This document shows, one piece after another, positions 62,963 to 64,000 of a stretch of DNA of 64,000 bases (its first letter is position 1; every line of letters begins with the position of its first letter). Source of the DNA: Octopus sinensis (Eukaryota); assembly GCF_006345805.1 (NCBI RefSeq), contig NC_043013.1, positions 23,188,001-23,252,000 of the forward strand, written 5' to 3'. Made by a program: the position numbers and the translations under genes. The notes below the pieces were generated by a model. The model was not told the DNA's origin and did not search any database. It worked only from the letters and a program-made list of their open reading frames with translations.

Positions 62963-63201
62963 TGTAGCTACATGAAATTTTGTACTTTTAACTTCTTTCA
63001 ATGTTATATTCTCTCTTACAGCAAGGCAACCGGATTCCAGGAATCTACAAATTCCATGCTTTGATTACAACTTATGAAATGGTTATTACAGACTGTGAGA
63101 TTCTTACAGCCATTGAGTGGCGGTGTCTGATAATTGATGAAGCTCATCGCTTGAAGAACCGTAATTGCAGACTTTTGGAAGGTTTGAAACAGTTCGAAGT
63201 G
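28581..63201 (+). CDS. CHD7/8/9 (kis): CHD6-9 subfamily chromodomain-helicase (CHD7/8/9, kismet-like), 3'-partial; join(28581..30866,36249..36853,38992..39100,45762..45887,48193..48264,50794..50855,53079..53193,56930..57157,59838..59965,60798..60986,62091..62142,63022..63201)
   Basis: Hand-spliced exons, all GT-AG with matching phases, total 4152 nt = 1384 aa. Motifs: [20 protein letters not shown], chromo1 (IVEKILGSR...[17 protein letters not shown]), chromo2 ([12 protein letters not shown]...[16 protein letters not shown]), ATPase [59 protein letters not shown]. The N-terminus [14 protein letters not shown] resembles CHD8/9 starts. Confidence 0.96.
32048..32268. mobile_element. piggyBac-type MITE (221 bp, TTAA TSD)
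   Basis: TTAA at 32044-32047 and 32269-32272; third full copy in the window. Confidence 0.9.
32310..33430 (-). mobile_element. Tc1/mariner-superfamily transposase pseudogene, probably DD41D (rosa/Visitor type)
   Basis: Decayed frame [32 protein letters not shown]; [28 protein letters not shown]; [11 protein letters not shown]; KGLIGPFF; FYFQQ(H)G; TPLD...[10 protein letters not shown]. Confidence 0.8.
34507..34800 (-). mobile_element. RTE LINE 3'-UTR fragment
   Basis: catcatcatcgtttaacgtccg... is the reverse complement of the RTE tail. Confidence 0.85.
35128..35544 (-). mobile_element. SINE family B with expanded internal (TA)n(CA)n
   Basis: Homologous to 17767-18127. Confidence 0.88.
35875..36104 (+). 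mobile_element. SINE family A with 19-bp TSD
   Basis: TSD atatatattgactgagatt at 35854-35872 and 36105-36123. Confidence 0.9.
36249..36853 (+). CDS. CHD7/8/9 (kis): CHD coding exon 2 (S/T-rich, then K-rich NLS-like region)
   Basis: Acceptor ccgccag at 36248; TIQVSNANS...[29 protein letters not shown]; donor CG/GTAAGT, phase 2. Confidence 0.88.
37087..37157. repeat. (TA)n microsatellite, ~35 units
   Basis: Read directly from the sequence. Confidence 0.95.
38240..38468 (+). mobile_element. SINE family A with a rearranged 5' flank
   Basis: Homologous to 4282-4510; short aggtatt duplication plus a patchwork of flank-derived segments. Confidence 0.88.
38992..39100 (+). CDS. CHD7/8/9 (kis): CHD coding exon 3
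   Basis: Acceptor cttcatcag; [36 protein letters not shown] (the TPPPSP motif precedes KRRS in CHD7/8/9); donor CAG/GTAAGT. Confidence 0.9.
39424..39935 (-). mobile_element. RTE LINE 3' UTR (long copy)
   Basis: (CAT)n then the inverted tail; extends to the cttctcaag region homologous to 27370-27480. Confidence 0.88.
41145..41620 (+). mobile_element. RTE LINE 3' UTR with (GAT)n tail
   Basis: aagagtacccttga...ggcatgtaaaaagcacc repeats...ggttggcattaggaagggcatccag...ttaaacgatgatgat. Confidence 0.88.
42318..42830 (+). repeat. Purine-rich (GA/GGA/AAG) low-complexity tract
   Basis: About 500 bp strongly skewed to A/G on the + strand. Confidence 0.8.
43185..43586 (-). mobile_element. SINE family B
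   Basis: Homologous to 17767-18127. Confidence 0.88.
43642..44066. mobile_element. Foldback/MITE-like element with ~185-bp inverted arms and an 18-bp central palindrome
   Basis: 43642-43826 is the reverse complement of about 43880-44066 (roughly 90% identity by eye); TGTGGGTTCGAACCCACA at 43840-43857; TA-rich flanks. Confidence 0.85.
44480..44770 (+). mobile_element. RTE LINE 3'-UTR fragment
   Basis: Same tail family. Confidence 0.85.
45762..45887 (+). CDS. CHD7/8/9 (kis): CHD coding exon 4
   Basis: Acceptor ttatttcag; [24 protein letters not shown]...; donor GTG/GTAAGA, phase 0. Confidence 0.92.
45978..46005 (-). mobile_element. Isolated Helitron 3' terminus (hairpin and CTAG)
   Basis: The minus strand reads aaccgggcaatgccgggtgtctctgCTAG/t, the same hairpin consensus as 6086-6103. 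Confidence 0.6.
46086..46466 (-). mobile_element. tRNA-derived SINE family C (CpG-rich, apparently young)
   Basis: Reverse-complement head ggaggtgtaatggcccagtggttagggcagc...ggtttcgattcctagaccggg. Confidence 0.8.
46600..47705 (-). mobile_element. Degenerate transposon-like coding relic (possibly Academ-like)
   Basis: Multi-stop frames with [19 protein letters not shown] (H3TH/XPG-like), an acidic stretch and a Cys-containing C-terminal segment. The assignment is tentative. Confidence 0.3.
48193..48264 (+). CDS. CHD7/8/9 (kis): CHD coding exon 5 (start of chromodomain 1)
   Basis: Acceptor cacttgcag; [24 protein letters not shown]; donor AAC/GTATGT. Confidence 0.92.
49000..49295 (+). mobile_element. 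RTE LINE 3'-UTR fragment (3 internal repeat units)
   Basis: Three ggcacRtaaaaagcacc units, then the common tail. Confidence 0.87.
49870..50256 (-). mobile_element. SINE family B (older, diverged copy)
   Basis: Homologous to 17767-18127. Confidence 0.75.
50794..50855 (+). CDS. CHD7/8/9 (kis): CHD coding exon 6 (chromodomain 1)
   Basis: Acceptor (t)n-ccag; [20 protein letters not shown]; donor TA/GTAAGT, phase 2. Confidence 0.93.
51045..51272 (+). mobile_element. SINE family A with 18-bp TSD
   Basis: TSD atatattaatcatttgaa at 51027-51044 and 51273-51290. Confidence 0.9.
51385..51810 (+). mobile_element. CR1-group LINE 3' end with (ATT)n tail
   Basis: [38 protein letters not shown], the CR1 ORF2 C-terminal motif. 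The same 3' end recurs at 48052-48110 (-) and 53866-53932 (+), with a related older piece at about 52000-52260. Confidence 0.87.
52640..53000 (+). mobile_element. Degenerate CR1/L2-group LINE C-terminal fragment
   Basis: [12 protein letters not shown]...KYLLDIF resembles the GP.LFN.LP...FK..LD.FL C-terminus; heavily decayed. Confidence 0.4.
53079..53193 (+). CDS. CHD7/8/9 (kis): CHD coding exon 7 (end of chromodomain 1)
   Basis: Acceptor actttcag; (Y)[29 protein letters not shown]...; donor ATG/GTGAGG. Confidence 0.93.
54300..54430 (-). mobile_element. mariner 5' end/TIR fragment
   Basis: Reverse complement matches 56092-56225 and the TIR at 56865-56893. Confidence 0.65.
54955..55310 (+). 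mobile_element. RTE LINE 3'-UTR fragment (3-4 repeat units, CpG-rich)
   Basis: Clearest copy of the internal ~60-bp repeats; tail ttaaacgatgatgatgat. Confidence 0.9.
56085..56893 (+). mobile_element. Internally deleted mariner (DD34D-type) element
   Basis: [17 protein letters not shown]...CFEWPGRF; [18 protein letters not shown]...KRPELW; [18 protein letters not shown]; [12 protein letters not shown]; TIR-like end gtctgtgaaccttttaatactgccttgt. Confidence 0.87.
56930..57157 (+). CDS. CHD7/8/9 (kis): CHD coding exon 8 (chromodomain 2)
   Basis: Acceptor attttacag; [20 protein letters not shown]...[23 protein letters not shown]...; donor AAG/GTAAAC. Confidence 0.95.
57208..57898. repeat. Minisatellite, 24/25-bp unit ACTGATTCTGTTGTTCTTGTTCTTT, 27 copies plus 1 degenerate
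   Basis: Units counted by hand, 57208 to 57876; head-to-tail with no unique spacers. Confidence 0.95.
59838..59965 (+). CDS. CHD7/8/9 (kis): CHD coding exon 9 (linker and start of SNF2 ATPase)
   Basis: AAG acceptor after a pyrimidine tract; [42 protein letters not shown]; donor GTGAGT at 59966 (phase 2 is required by the next exon). Confidence 0.93.
60798..60986 (+). CDS. CHD7/8/9 (kis): CHD coding exon 10 (ATPase Walker A, motif Ia)
   Basis: [21 protein letters not shown]...[32 protein letters not shown]; donor TC/GTAAGT. Confidence 0.96.
61425..61640 (-). mobile_element. SINE family A-related copy (variant tail)
   Basis: Reverse complement contains aaggcagtgagctggcagaaacgttagcacgc...gaattcaaattccaccaaggttaactttgcc. 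Older relatives lie at about 18160-18370 (+) and 28000-28180 (-). Confidence 0.75.
62091..62142 (+). CDS. CHD7/8/9 (kis): CHD coding exon 11
   Basis: Acceptor cttctttcag; (S)[17 protein letters not shown]; donor GAT/GTGAGT. Confidence 0.92.
62330..62668 (+). mobile_element. RTE LINE 3'-UTR fragment
   Basis: Same tail family with (GAT)n. Confidence 0.85.
63022..63201 (+). CDS. CHD7/8/9 (kis): CHD coding exon 12 (ATPase Walker B, DEAH); last exon visible in the window
   Basis: [60 protein letters not shown]; donor GTG/GTAAGT. Confidence 0.96.
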
Positions 63202-63519
63202 GTAAGTTCAGAGAATCACCAAACCAAAGAGGAAAGGGAAAAGTGCTGAGTGACCTTTTAAGATATTTTTTGATTTTTAATTGTTAAAAATTTTCTTTTG
63301 AAAAATTCTTTTCATTAAATTTTTTAAGATAATGATTTGATAAAGGAAAGGAGTTACTAATAGCAGTATATTACTGGTACTGTTTTCCTTCTTTTTTTAT
63401 CCACGTCAGTGTGGCAGAACTGCAATACATAAAGTAAAGTATGAGGTGCACTGTCTCAGTCTTTCTTCTAACTCTCCTTTTGTTGTTGTTACATGTATTT
63501 AATAATAATAATAAAATCT

Positions 63520-63765
63520 CAATCAAATTGAAATCAAAATGGAGATTGTAGTTGTGGGCGATACCAGTGCCACCTGACTGGCTCCCATGCTGGTGGCACC
63601 TAAAAAAACACCCACTGCACTCTCGGAGTGGTTGGCGTTAGGAAGGGCATCCAACTGTAGAAACCTTGCCAAATCAGATTGGAGCATGGTGCAGCCTCCT
63701 GGCTTGTCAAACCGTCCAACCCATCCCAGCATGGAAAGTGGACATTAAACAATGATGACGATGGT
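63520..63765 (+). mobile_element. RTE LINE 3'-UTR fragment
   Basis: Same tail family. Confidence 0.83.
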
Positions 63766-64000
63766 GAATAATCTTAATCTTATCCTCAGTTACATTGCTG
63801 TCACCAATGCTGGGCAATTTAGCAAGATAAGGAATACGGCCCCCATTTTTGGCCTGAAAAAAAAAAAAGTCTTTTGATTATTTCTACCTATTCATGAACG
63901 AAGCATAACCAAAGCCTTGAAAATCACTGTAAATTCTAGATCTCTGAATCTCTGAGGAACTTACAACCAAAAACTAAGACTTTCAAATTACTTTAAGCCC

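Noticed and set aside
30867-63021. Intronic C/D snoRNAs (vertebrate CHD8 hosts SNORD8/SNORD9, which guide U6 methylation)
   Set aside because: By eye I found no TGATGA...CTGA unit with a terminal stem and a U6-complementary guide. Candidates near 18555 and 47815 lack proper spacing. An Infernal/snoscan run is needed to exclude them formally.

Overview
AT-rich, repeat-dense eukaryotic (metazoan) genomic DNA. The repeat repertoire (tRNA-derived SINEs, RTE LINE tails ending in (GAT)n, abundant (CA)n/(TA)n) looks like a coleoid cephalopod, most likely Octopus; this is inferred from pattern recognition, not from a database search. One host gene can be supported: a CHD6-9 subfamily (CHD7/8/9, kismet-like) chromatin remodeller on the + strand. 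I traced 12 coding exons by hand from ATG 28581 to 63201. All have GT-AG boundaries and consistent phases, giving 4152 nt or 1384 aa: a Q-rich disordered N-terminus, two chromodomains and the first half of the SNF2 ATPase. The gene continues beyond the window. Positions 1-28.4 kb are probably 5'-UTR intron or intergenic, and I could support no other host gene there. The remainder is a dense record of transposable elements: RTE, R4/Dong-like and CR1 LINE remnants, several SINE families, Tigger/pogo, mariner, a probable DD41D element, piggyBac with its MITEs, a Helitron, a possible Academ-like relic, a ~425-bp foldback element and a 25-bp minisatellite. There are no prokaryotic features and no CRISPR array. 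I found no clearly new biological system. The best leads are the intronic long-hairpin and inverted-repeat dsRNA structures, the modular structured RTE 3' UTR, the Helitron derivative, the TAA-targeted retroelement tandem and the polyQ-rich CHD N-terminus. Repeat boundaries are approximate (about +/-10-30 bp) unless TSDs or TIRs are quoted.
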